From: Chthoniobacteraceae bacterium | Lineage (GTDB): Bacteria; Verrucomicrobiota; Verrucomicrobiia; Chthoniobacterales; Chthoniobacteraceae | Direction of reading: 5' to 3' | DNA: 64,000 nt | Assembly: GCA_031409335.1 (NCBI GenBank) | Contig: JANNWY010000307.1 | Span: 32,001 to 96,000, forward strand | Shown: positions 27,837 to 36,850 of the stretch, piece after piece | Layout of the letters: the number at the start of each line of letters is the position of its first letter | Numbering within the stretch: the stretch's first letter is position 1 | Program-made: the position numbers and the translations under genes | Notes under the pieces: generated by a model | The model's input: the letters and a program-made list of their open reading frames with translations, nothing else | Databases searched by the model: none | What the model was told of the DNA's origin: nothing

Positions 27837-28676
27837 ATGCCGAATCCCGATTTCAAGCTTGTGGAAACTTCCGTGGACGGGCCGCGAACGAGGCTCTGGA
27901 AAGTCCACGTCGCGGATTACGCCGAGTTTGCCGTGTTCCGCCTCGCGCGACTCGGCATCGATGAAACCCACGCGCCTTACCGTCGCGTGCGGATTAGGCC
28001 CGAAGGGAGCTTCATCCTCGCGAGCCTCGCGGGTGAAGGACGCATCCTGCTCGAAGGCCGCTGGCAACCTGTGAAGGCCGGTGAAGTCGTGATGGCTCCG
28101 CCACGCGTGCTGAATGCGTTTTACACACCGCCCGGCAAGGCCTGGGACTTTGCGTGGCTGCGCTACGACGAGCCGAAATGGGTGCGCCCGCTGGTCGGCG
28201 TGACCTCGCCGCTCCGCGTGGCCACGGGCGCGGAAGACTTGGGGCGCATCCTGCTCGGCATGCGCGCCGAGTGGGCTCAGGCACGCGATCCGGCGGTCAT
28301 CCACCATTGGGTCAATCTCGCCCACGCCCATGCGCGCCGCCTTTCCAGCGCGTGGCGGGGGAATGAGCGTCTGTGGCGGCTCTGGGAGGAAGTGGGCACG
28401 CAGATCGCCGAGCCGTGGAAGCTGGATTCGCTGGCCGCAAAGTGCCACGTCAGCCCCGAGCACCTGCGCCGCATCTGCCATCACGAGCTGGGTCGCAGCC
28501 CCATGGAACACCTCACTTTCATCCGCATGCAGCACGCGCAGGAGCTCCTGGAAAGCACGGAAGAGAAGCTCGAAACTATCGCGAAAATGGTCGGCTACAG
28601 CAGCGCCGTGGTCTTCTCCCGCGCCTTCTTTCGCTGCATCGGCATGAAGCCTTCCGCGTATCGCATCCGGCGGTGA
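27837..28676 (+). CDS. AraC family transcriptional regulator
   Basis: Cupin-like N-terminus; LAAKCHVSPEHLRR...GRSP...RMQHAQELL...IAKMVGYSSAVVFSRAF. Confidence 0.93.
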   Translation: MPNPDFKLVETSVDGPRTRLWKVHVADYAEFAVFRLARLGIDETHAPYRRVRIRPEGSFILASLAGEGRILLEGRWQPVKAGEVVMAPPRVLNAFYTPPGKAWDFAWLRYDEPKWVRPLVGVTSPLRVATGAEDLGRILLGMRAEWAQARDPAVIHHWVNLAHAHARRLSSAWRGNERLWRLWEEVGTQIAEPWKLDSLAAKCHVSPEHLRRICHHELGRSPMEHLTFIRMQHAQELLESTEEKLETIAKMVGYSSAVVFSRAFFRCIGMKPSAYRIRR

Positions 28677-28680
28677 GGCG

Positions 28681-28710
28681 ATGTGGATTTTCGTCGGCTG
28701 TTGGTGGATA
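28681..28710 (+). promoter_or_regulatory. Conserved upstream motif with GTGG half-sites 21 bp apart
   Basis: ATGTGGATTTTCGTCGGCTGTTGGTGG, nearly identical to 29718-29744. Confidence 0.6.
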
Positions 28711-28821
28711 CCGCAGCCTTTCGCATCCTGCAGATCGCGGTAGAAAAGGATGCGTCTCACTCCAGCGATCAGGCGCTCAATGCAGAACACCCTCCAAAAA
28801 AACAAACACCAACCCACTCGT

Positions 28822-29571
28822 ATGAAAACACCTCCAGTCATTTCCTCTTCACCGCATTACGCCATTCTCGGAACCCTCCTGAGCCTCGCCCTCTTCCCGG
28901 CTTCGGCAAAGGCGGCCACCGTTCTTTTCGCCGGCGTGATCAATGACAATGCCGGTTCCGAAATCGCGGAATGGAAGACAGCGTCCACGGCCAAGACCCT
29001 CGACGGCGACGGCGACAATGTTTACGGCACCCTCGCGCACCTTTTCTACGGGATCGAATACAAGGGAGGGGGCACGCTCTATTCGTTCGATGGTTCGGAC
29101 AGCCAGGTCGGACCCTTTGGAGGTTACGCGACGGTGGATCATCCGGCCGGGGACGGCACCACGCCGGGTGACGTCCAGGTGCGCACGACCTCGAACGGCG
29201 GTGGCGGCGGTATCGACGACGTCATGTTCACCTTCACCGCGCTGGCCGGATCGCCCGCCAATGTCCGCATCGGCGTCGCCACGGACGGACTCGATAATCT
29301 TGGATTTTCCTCGGCGAGCATCGGTCTCCGGCAGGTCGCAGGCTCGTCCGCCGAGCACACGATGACCTCGACCAACAACACGCTGGACATGGTCTTCTTC
29401 GATGTCAGCGGCATCGCGACGGGCGACCAGTTCGAGATCTTCGCGGATGCCGGTGCCTTCGGCTTTACCACGCACCAGTTCGTGACGTGGGATGCGGTCC
29501 CCGAACCGAGTTCCGCCGCTCTTCTGTGCATCGCCAGCCTCGCGACGTTGCTCCGCCGCCGGCGAAAATAA
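28822..29571 (+). CDS. PEP-CTERM sorting domain protein
   Basis: Signal peptide (ASAKA); C-terminal VPEPSSAALLCIASLATLLRRRRK. Confidence 0.9.
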   Translation: MKTPPVISSSPHYAILGTLLSLALFPASAKAATVLFAGVINDNAGSEIAEWKTASTAKTLDGDGDNVYGTLAHLFYGIEYKGGGTLYSFDGSDSQVGPFGGYATVDHPAGDGTTPGDVQVRTTSNGGGGGIDDVMFTFTALAGSPANVRIGVATDGLDNLGFSSASIGLRQVAGSSAEHTMTSTNNTLDMVFFDVSGIATGDQFEIFADAGAFGFTTHQFVTWDAVPEPSSAALLCIASLATLLRRRRK

Positions 29572-29589
29572 GCGGTTGTCGCCTTTTTC

Positions 29590-29632
29590 AAAAGAGCCGG
29601 TCTGCCGCGAGGTGGGCCGGCTCTTTGTTTTT
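29590..29632 (+). terminator. Intrinsic terminator
   Basis: AAAGAGCCGG...CCGGCTCTTT stem followed by GTTTTT. Confidence 0.75.
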
Positions 29633-29717
29633 CTGAACTTCATTCGGGTCAGGATAGGCGCAGGGCCTCAAAATGACTGACGGTGCCATGCATCGCGGTC
29701 TTGAGCAGGCGCGGGCC

Positions 29718-29744
29718 ATGTGGATTTTCGTCGGTTGTTGGTGG
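29718..29744 (+). promoter_or_regulatory. Second copy of the conserved upstream motif
   Basis: ATGTGGATTTTCGTCGGTTGTTGGTGG, 26/27 identical to 28681-28707. Confidence 0.6.
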
Positions 29745-29827
29745 GGACTCCGGCCTTCTCAAAACGAGATGTGAAGACTAGTTGTTGCTGAGCTTCAATC
29801 CCCCTCGCAACCCCACCATCAACTCCC

Positions 29828-32800
29828 ATGAAACACTCGATCCAAATCAAGACCGCAGTCTCCATCCTTTCCGTCAGTGCCAGTGCCCTGCTCGGCCTTA
29901 CTCCGAATGCGCAAGCAGCGGTGATTGCCGCCAGCCTCGATGCCGCCACCGGCTCGAACTGGCGCACCGCTTCGACGACGGAAGCCGATCTGCAATACGG
30001 GACCGATGGCTATGTCCTCTTTGGGGTCGATGAACCGACAGGCTCTTACTTTGGCAGCGGCTACAACGCCTCCATTACCAACCTAAACAACGACTACTTT
30101 CTCCCTTCGTATCTGACTCTCGCCGTGGCGGGAGACTTTGCACTTTGGTCTGGAAATGGGAATTGGGGACTCATTCAAGAACCGGACAACGGGAATGTGC
30201 TGACGCCAACGCCAGCGCTGCTTTGGGATGGTGCGGGCGGCGCGCATAGCATGACCTTCACGCGGGTCACCAACCAGGCTTTCCGCCTGACGATTCTCGT
30301 TGGTGTTTCCAGTGACGGCGGCTGGAACAGTTCTTACAACCTTTCCCTCAATGCCGGGGCGACGGGGTCGGCGGGAGCCATCACCGTCGGCGGACCGACT
30401 CCGCCGGGGATGATGTATCAGTCGTTTGATATCGACGCGGGGACCGATCCCATCGTCCTTTCGGTCACAGGCGGCTCGCGCCCGAATATCGCGGGGTTTG
30501 CCTTTGACGCGGTGCATCTTCCGCCAGTTCAGATCAGCAAAGCAAACAACGGCGACGCTCTGAACCTAGGTAGTAGCTGGGTGGGTGGAGTCGCGCCCGA
30601 TGAGGCCAAGGTGGCGCAGTGGGATGCCACGGCCGTTTCCGCAGCCAGTCGCAATGCGGCCATCGGCGCAAGCGCCACTTGGGATGGCATCAAAGTCCTT
30701 TCGCCCGGTGGCCCGGTGGTCATCGGAGCCACGCCTGGAGCGACCCTCACGTTGGATGGCGGCGCGGCGACGGACATCGACATGTCCACGGCGACACAAG
30801 ACCTCACCGTGAACGCCGCCGTGGCGCTCGGGAATGCTGCGCACATCTGGGACGTCGGCGCGGGGCGCAATCTTACGCTGGCTAGTCTATCCGGTGCCGG
30901 TGCTTCGACTTTAATCGCCAAACAAGGAAGCGGAATGGCTACGATTCAGGGTGGCACCTTTACTCTTCAAGGGCTCCGGATTGGAACCAACGGAGGCGAT
31001 GAAGGCAAGCTGGTCGTCGCGGGCGGATCGATTACGGCGGGCAATCAGGCGGCGCTGGTCGGTCATGGCGCTGGGTCGGTTGGAGAACTCGAGTTCAGCG
31101 GTGGAACGCATAGCTTTGGCGGCGATGGCTATGGCAATACGATCTGGGTCGGACGCAACGGCGGAAACGGCACGCTGCGCATTTCCGGCGGCACGGTCGC
31201 GGTCGGCGGCGCGGGTTTTCCCGACGCTTCGCTGAATGTCGGCGTGGCGAATGGTGAACCTGCTGCCCCGACGGGATCGCTGGTCGTCAGCGGCGGCACG
31301 TTGGAGATCGGTCGCCGCATCCTCGTGGGTAACAACAGCGGGGCCGCAACTGGCTCGCTGACGCTCAGTGGGAGCGGAGTCATCGACATGAAACGCACCG
31401 GATCGAATGTCGAAGGCGATCTCGGCATGTTGCGCCCCGGCGCTGGAACCGTGGCGATCAACTTGGATGGCGGGACGTTCATCCTGAGTGGAATCCGACT
31501 CACGGAGTCGTCCGCGGCACAAGCGAACATCAACTACAACGGCACGACCCTGAGAGCGAACATCAACAGCTCTGCGAATACGGGTGGCAACTTTTACAAC
31601 GCGCCCGGCGGCGCGAACCATCTCCTGACCAATGCCGGTCTCGTGCTCGACAGCAACGGTTTCACGATGCTGATGAATGCCAACTACGTCGATGCCCTTG
31701 GGGCGAACGGCAGGGTGACCAAAAACGGAGCGGGCCTCGCCGTTCTCTCCGGCCTCAACTCCTACACCGGGATTACCACGATCAATCAAGGCTCACTGGC
31801 CATGAGCGGCACCTATAGCGGCGGCATCGTCGTGAATTCTGGCGGCACACTCGTCCCGGGATTCAATGGCACCGATCCCCTAACCACTTCCACGCTCACG
31901 CTCGGAGCAGGCGGAGCCGTGGAGTTTGAATTCGGAGCGGGTAATGACACCATCACCATCACCGCACCGATCACGGGCCTCACGATTGGAGCGACGGCAC
32001 TGAGTCTTTACGAAACCGGCACCACGACAGCATTCGCGACCAATGGCACCTATCCTCTTTTCGATTACGACACCGCATTTGCAGGTTCGCTCGCCAGCTT
32101 TGCCATCGCCAATCCGCTTGCGGGAAAATCCTACACCGTCACAGACAACGCCGGCGCCACGGCGATCGAACTAACGATCGGCGATGCCGCGGTTTCAGAA
32201 TGGAATGTAGCTATTGGCGGGAATTGGCCAACCGCTGGAAGCTGGCTTGGTGGTGTACCGAACGGAGTGGGTGCGGTGGCAAAGTTTGGTGCAGCCATCG
32301 GCGGTCCTGCCAATGTGCAGATTGTCGGAGCGAAGACCGTGGGCGGCATCATCTTCGACAACGCGGAGAGTTATACGATTGCCGGCACCGATGCCCTCAC
32401 GATCAATAACGGTGCGGCTTCCGGCAGCATCGTTGTGAACAACGGCAGCCATACCATTGCCACGCCCGTGGCGCTGGCGGTAAATACGACCGTCAATAGC
32501 CTCGCCGGCACGACCCTGACCTTTGCCGGAGCAATGTCTGGGGCGAAAATCTTTACAGTTAATGGTGCAGGCACCGTCATCCTCACCGCTACGAATACCC
32601 ATGCGAAAACCGTCATCGGCGGCGGCACGCTCCAGCTTGGCAATGGCGGCACCACCGGGAGCGTTCTGGGTGACATCAGCAATGCCGGAACGCTCGCGTT
32701 TAACCGATCGGACGATCTCACTTTCTCGAACGTCATTTCCGGCACCGGCAATGTGCGGAAGGTCGGTGAAAACACGCTGACGTTCTCCGCGCCGAACACG

Positions 32801-33955
32801 TATTCCGGCGGGACGATCGTCAGCGGCGGCGTCCTCGCGATCGGCAGCAATGCGAATCTCGGGGACGCGGCCGGCGGGCTCACGCTGGACAAGGACAGCT
32901 TTTCCACCACCGCAGCGCTGTCGGTTTCGACCACGCTTTCGCTCGGGGCCCGGAGTATCGAGATCGGCGGCGGCGGCGGCGAATTTCAAGTCCCGACGGG
33001 AGTGACGCTCACCGCAAACGGCACGCTGAATGGCGCTGGTCTCTTCACGAAATCCGGCGCGGGCACGCTGGTCCTTTCCAACGCCGGCAACAGCCTCAGC
33101 GGCGACTTCGTCATCGCCGGCGGAACAGTCCTCGCCACTGCTGGCGGTGGCGGCGGCACGAGCACGCTCGGGCAGGCCGGCCTCGCCCGGACGATCACCG
33201 TGAATGGCGGCGCGACGCTGCAGTTCAACGCGCACGACACCTTTGGCAATCACGTCGCGAATCCGCAATTCACGCTCCACATCAAGGGCGGCACCGTGCT
33301 CAACGGCCCGGTGCCCGGATTCGCCGGCGCCTACACGACGCTCGGCCCGATCGCGCTGACGACTGGCACGCTCACCACGACCGGCGGCGCGAACGCGACT
33401 TTCCCCGCATTCCAGTTGAAGGGCGACCTCGTCTCGAACGGCGCGTCCGTCATCAACACGACCAGCACACCCGCCAGTTTCAACGGCATCCAAGTGACCG
33501 ATACGCGCACTTTCTCCGTCGAAACCGGATCGCTCACGGTCTCCGCACCGCTGGTGGATCGCTTCGACGGCGGCGCGTCGGAGATCGTGAAAACCGGCCC
33601 CGGCATCCTCAACCTCAACGGCGTGCAAACCTACGACGTGCTGACCACAAATGAAGGCACCACGAACCTCAACAGCGCGCTCGGCACCGGCGCATCGACG
33701 CTGAACGCCAACGCGACGACCAACATCAGCGTGAGCCAGACGCTGGCCGCGCTGAACATCGGCGACGGGGCCGTCGTGGCGCTGAGCAACCCGCCACCGC
33801 CAGCCCCGGCATTTGCCGCGGGCGATGATATCTTCGGGCAAACGGGTGAAGATTTTGCCGTTAGTGCGACACAGGCCGTGCCCGAACCGGGCGCAGCGGC
33901 GTTGCTGCTGAGCGCGCTTGCCATGCTTGTCGGTCCACGTCGGCGGAAGGCGTGA
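29828..33955 (+). CDS. Autotransporter-associated beta-strand repeat protein with PEP-CTERM (no beta-barrel)
   Basis: Signal peptide; TKxGxGxxxLxGxNxYxGxTxIxxGxL repeats; C-terminal VPEPGAAALLLSALAMLVGPRRRKA. Confidence 0.9.
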   Translation: MKHSIQIKTAVSILSVSASALLGLTPNAQAAVIAASLDAATGSNWRTASTTEADLQYGTDGYVLFGVDEPTGSYFGSGYNASITNLNNDYFLPSYLTLAVAGDFALWSGNGNWGLIQEPDNGNVLTPTPALLWDGAGGAHSMTFTRVTNQAFRLTILVGVSSDGGWNSSYNLSLNAGATGSAGAITVGGPTPPGMMYQSFDIDAGTDPIVLSVTGGSRPNIAGFAFDAVHLPPVQISKANNGDALNLGSSWVGGVAPDEAKVAQWDATAVSAASRNAAIGASATWDGIKVLSPGGPVVIGATPGATLTLDGGAATDIDMSTATQDLTVNAAVALGNAAHIWDVGAGRNLTLASLSGAGASTLIAKQGSGMATIQGGTFTLQGLRIGTNGGDEGKLVVAGGSITAGNQAALVGHGAGSVGELEFSGGTHSFGGDGYGNTIWVGRNGGNGTLRISGGTVAVGGAGFPDASLNVGVANGEPAAPTGSLVVSGGTLEIGRRILVGNNSGAATGSLTLSGSGVIDMKRTGSNVEGDLGMLRPGAGTVAINLDGGTFILSGIRLTESSAAQANINYNGTTLRANINSSANTGGNFYNAPGGANHLLTNAGLVLDSNGFTMLMNANYVDALGANGRVTKNGAGLAVLSGLNSYTGITTINQGSLAMSGTYSGGIVVNSGGTLVPGFNGTDPLTTSTLTLGAGGAVEFEFGAGNDTITITAPITGLTIGATALSLYETGTTTAFATNGTYPLFDYDTAFAGSLASFAIANPLAGKSYTVTDNAGATAIELTIGDAAVSEWNVAIGGNWPTAGSWLGGVPNGVGAVAKFGAAIGGPANVQIVGAKTVGGIIFDNAESYTIAGTDALTINNGAASGSIVVNNGSHTIATPVALAVNTTVNSLAGTTLTFAGAMSGAKIFTVNGAGTVILTATNTHAKTVIGGGTLQLGNGGTTGSVLGDISNAGTLAFNRSDDLTFSNVISGTGNVRKVGENTLTFSAPNTYSGGTIVSGGVLAIGSNANLGDAAGGLTLDKDSFSTTAALSVSTTLSLGARSIEIGGGGGEFQVPTGVTLTANGTLNGAGLFTKSGAGTLVLSNAGNSLSGDFVIAGGTVLATAGGGGGTSTLGQAGLARTITVNGGATLQFNAHDTFGNHVANPQFTLHIKGGTVLNGPVPGFAGAYTTLGPIALTTGTLTTTGGANATFPAFQLKGDLVSNGASVINTTSTPASFNGIQVTDTRTFSVETGSLTVSAPLVDRFDGGASEIVKTGPGILNLNGVQTYDVLTTNEGTTNLNSALGTGASTLNANATTNISVSQTLAALNIGDGAVVALSNPPPPAPAFAAGDDIFGQTGEDFAVSATQAVPEPGAAALLLSALAMLVGPRRRKA

Positions 33956-33965
33956 ACCATCTCGT

Positions 33966-34066
33966 CGTCCGGGGAAGGACGGAGCGGCGGCATTCTTCTT
34001 GACGGGGGACTGCCGCTCTCAGTGGGGGAGAAACGAAAGCCGCGCGGTGGGGACCGCGCGGCTTTC
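33966..34066 (+). other. Repeated three-hairpin 3' element ending in a terminator-like stem (copy 1)
   Basis: CGTCC-GGGGAA-GGACG; stem with TTCTTGACGGG; AAAGCCGCGCGGTGGGGACCGCGCGGCTTT; second copy at 58941-59044. Confidence 0.7.
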
Positions 34067-34149
34067 ATTCACTGATCTCAGAGTGAAGCACTCGCGCGGA
34101 GAAAAGGAGGCGGGCAATATTCAAACTGCGTTGCCCGAAGATATCCGTG

Positions 34150-34258
34150 AGCGCGGTCGTCGTCCACAGCCGGCCCTTTTGGTCGAAGTTCAGGCACACC
34201 AATTTCGAGCGGGTTGGTCGCGGTGAGCGCGGGGTTTTGCGCCAGCCAGTTGGTGTAG
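34150..34258 (-). pseudogene. Fused fragments of PVC-gene and lamin-tail-gene paralogs
   Basis: 34150-34206 matches 21258-21314 at 52/57 nt (KLVCLNFDQKGRLWTTTAL); 34206-34258 matches 22540-22592 (YTNWLAQNPALTATNPL vs YAAWLAENPGLTATNPL). Confidence 0.8.
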
Positions 34259-34393
34259 GTGACGGTTTCGGTCGGGATTCGCTTTCGCATCCGGCTGAAC
34301 GTCCGTAGTTCAGAATGCGGACAGGCTTTAGGGATTTGGGGACGGGACAACTTTGTGGCAGCATGATCCTACAGCGGCGCTTTACCGGCCAGA

Positions 34394-34429
34394 CCCCCAA
34401 TCGGGTGTCCCCCACCCCCCGATCGGGTG
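34394..34429 (-). promoter_or_regulatory. Tandem CACCCG-N3-GGGG motifs upstream of the sensor kinase
   Basis: Reverse complements CACCCGATTGGGGG and CACCCGATCGGGGG resemble TCACCCGGTTGGGGGAT at 36770 and 41559. Confidence 0.45.
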
Positions 34430-34466
34430 CCTTGGTTTGCGCGAGCCGCCGTGGTAGAGTGCGCCT

Positions 34467-36002
34467 GTGCAGTTGTTCAAATCCACATCCATCGGTCGCC
34501 CGTTTGTCGCCAAGGCATGTGGCGCGGTCCAACAACGATGGTGGCCACGGGGGCTCGCAGCGCTGCTTATCGTATGGCTTCTCTTTGGCTGGTGCGGTCT
34601 GGCCGCGCTGCCGCAGGCTACAGACGGCAACGCACAAACAAGTCGGCCAGCCAGCCGGGATTCGAAGGGCGCGCTGGATGCAACATGGGGCGTCGGTCCG
34701 TGGATCTGGGCGTCGGAGACGCACGACAAGCAGACCTGTCGCTTGTGGCGGTCTTTTGAGATTCCCAGAGAGTCACCAGTCGCGCGGGCACTTTTGCGAA
34801 TCTCGGTGGACAACGGTTACCGGTTGATGCTGGACGGACGTGAGTTGGGCACCGGCAGCGATTGGCGCAGCATCACCGAATACGACATCGGCCTTTTGTT
34901 GGCTTCCGGGTGGCACGTGTTGGCGGTGGAGGCGTTCAATGACAATCGCGAGGCCGGCATGCAGTTCGGCCTGAAGATCGAATTGATGGATGGACGGGTG
35001 ATCGAGATTCCCTCCGACTCGAACTGGCGCATCGCGCCGGCGGAGGAGCGCGGCTGGGAAAGCAAGCGCGAGGCGCCGCCGCACTGGGGCAAGGCCGTGG
35101 AGATGAGCACGCTCTTGCCGAGGCTGGGGAATTGGCAGGAACGCAAACCCACCATGGTCGTGAAGGTGCCGATCCTGCTGCCGGTGGAACTGCAATTCTG
35201 GCAGCGCGGTTGGTTCCAGGCGGCGCTGTTGAGCGTCGTCGTCGCCGCCGTGCTGGTGTGTCTGCGATTGATGGCGCAGTTGGCCGTGCAGTCCAAGGCG
35301 CAGGCGATGCTCCAGCGCGAGCGGGCGCGGATCGCGCGCGATATTCACGACGAACTCGGCGCGCGGCTGACCGAGCTGGCGCTCGAAGGAGAAGTCGCGC
35401 AAACCGAATTGCCCGCCGGATCTGACGCGCGCGCCCGGCTCGATGCACTTTCCGAGAAGGCACGTGCGCTGTCCGGGGCGATGGACGAAGTCGTCTGGAT
35501 GGTCAATTCGCGGCGCGATACGCTCCGCGATTTCGCCACCTACGCCTGCAAGCACGCGCGGCGTTTTCTGGAGCCGACACCGATCCGCTGCCGGCTGGAT
35601 GTGGAGGCCGACCTGCCGGAGGTAATGTTTGAATTGCCGGTGCGGCGCAACCTGCTCCTCGCGGTGAAGGAGGCGCTCAACAACGCCGCCAAATATTCCG
35701 GGGCGACGGAACTCTTTCTGCGCGTCCACCGGATCGGCAAGACCGTGCGCGTGGTGGTCGAGGACAATGGCCGGGGCTTTGACCCGGAACTGGCGGACCC
35801 CGCGCGCAACGGACTGACTAACATGGCTCACCGCATGCAGGAAATCGGTGGCGAGTGCCGGATCATCAGCAAAGCAGGCGGTGGCTGCCGGGTGGAATTC
35901 CAGGTGCCGCTGCCCAATGCCTCCAGGCAGGCTGACCAACCGGCGATGCGTCTCCTCGAGGCGCAGGAGGTTTCGCCCGCCGCAGGGGAGGTCTCCACAT
36001 GA
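34467..36002 (+). CDS. NarX/UhpB-type (HisKA_3) sensor histidine kinase with extracytoplasmic jelly-roll-like domain
   Basis: ERARIARDIHDELG H-box, EALNNAAKYS N-box, EDNGRGF, GLTNM; two TM regions; start codon uncertain. Confidence 0.9.
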   Translation: MQLFKSTSIGRPFVAKACGAVQQRWWPRGLAALLIVWLLFGWCGLAALPQATDGNAQTSRPASRDSKGALDATWGVGPWIWASETHDKQTCRLWRSFEIPRESPVARALLRISVDNGYRLMLDGRELGTGSDWRSITEYDIGLLLASGWHVLAVEAFNDNREAGMQFGLKIELMDGRVIEIPSDSNWRIAPAEERGWESKREAPPHWGKAVEMSTLLPRLGNWQERKPTMVVKVPILLPVELQFWQRGWFQAALLSVVVAAVLVCLRLMAQLAVQSKAQAMLQRERARIARDIHDELGARLTELALEGEVAQTELPAGSDARARLDALSEKARALSGAMDEVVWMVNSRRDTLRDFATYACKHARRFLEPTPIRCRLDVEADLPEVMFELPVRRNLLLAVKEALNNAAKYSGATELFLRVHRIGKTVRVVVEDNGRGFDPELADPARNGLTNMAHRMQEIGGECRIISKAGGGCRVEFQVPLPNASRQADQPAMRLLEAQEVSPAAGEVST

Positions 36003-36676
36003 TGACGCCAGCTCCATCGTCCTCCGGTGCCGTGGCCAAAGCGCCGCTCCGTGTGGCGCTCGTGGAAGACCAGCGCGACACCCGCGAAAGCTGGAGCCGA
36101 TTGATTTCATCGTTCCCAGACTTCACCTGCGTCTGCGCCTGCGCGAGCGGGGAGGAAGCCGTGCGGGTGATTCCCGGAGCGAAACCGGACGTGATCTTGA
36201 TGGACATCTTCCTTCCCCGCATGTCCGGCATCGAATGCACGTTCCGGCTCAAGGTCCTCCTGCCCCACACACCTATCGTCATGCTCACGGCCCACGATGA
36301 GGACGAGATGGTTTTTCTCGCGCTGGAGTCCGGCGCGAACGGCTACCTGCTCAAGCGCACCAAGCCAGCGGACTTGCGGGCGTCGTTGCTGGACGTGCTC
36401 AGCGGCGGCGCGCCCATGACCAGCGAGATCGCCCGTCGCGTGATCGAGTCCTTCCGCAAGAAGGGGCCGCGCCGGGACGAATCCGTGAGCCTGACCGCGC
36501 GCGAGGAGGAGGCCGTGGTGCTGCTGACCAAGGGATACTCGAACAAGGAGATCGCCGATCATCTGAACCTGAGCATCGAGACGGTGCGCAGCCATCTGAA
36601 GCACGTTTACGAGAAGCTGCACGTCCGCTCGCGGGCGGAAGCCGTGGCGCACTACATGTCCAAGCGGATGGAATGA
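35999..36676 (+). CDS. NarL/LuxR family response regulator
   Basis: LVEDQ, ILMDIFLP, GYLLK; LTARE...GYSNKEIA..L..S.ETVRSH...YEKL. Confidence 0.93.
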   Translation: MMTPAPSSSGAVAKAPLRVALVEDQRDTRESWSRLISSFPDFTCVCACASGEEAVRVIPGAKPDVILMDIFLPRMSGIECTFRLKVLLPHTPIVMLTAHDEDEMVFLALESGANGYLLKRTKPADLRASLLDVLSGGAPMTSEIARRVIESFRKKGPRRDESVSLTAREEEAVVLLTKGYSNKEIADHLNLSIETVRSHLKHVYEKLHVRSRAEAVAHYMSKRME

Positions 36677-36721
36677 GATGGCGTGGGGTGGCTATTTGGC
36701 GATGGCGTCTTAGCCTGACTG

Positions 36722-36786
36722 ACCTGCCGTTGCGATCTCGGAAATCTGGTTCTTGAGCTTCCCGCGGGCTCACCCGGTTGGGGGAT
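36722..36786 (+). promoter_or_regulatory. Conserved ~65-bp upstream block (copy 1)
   Basis: Aligns with 41512-41575; both end in identical TCACCCGGTTGGGGGAT. Confidence 0.6.
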
Positions 36787-36850
36787 TGTGGGGAAGCGCC
36801 ACCATGGTCCATCTTCCGTCCCATTTCACAAAGCCATAGCCGCCCCCACC

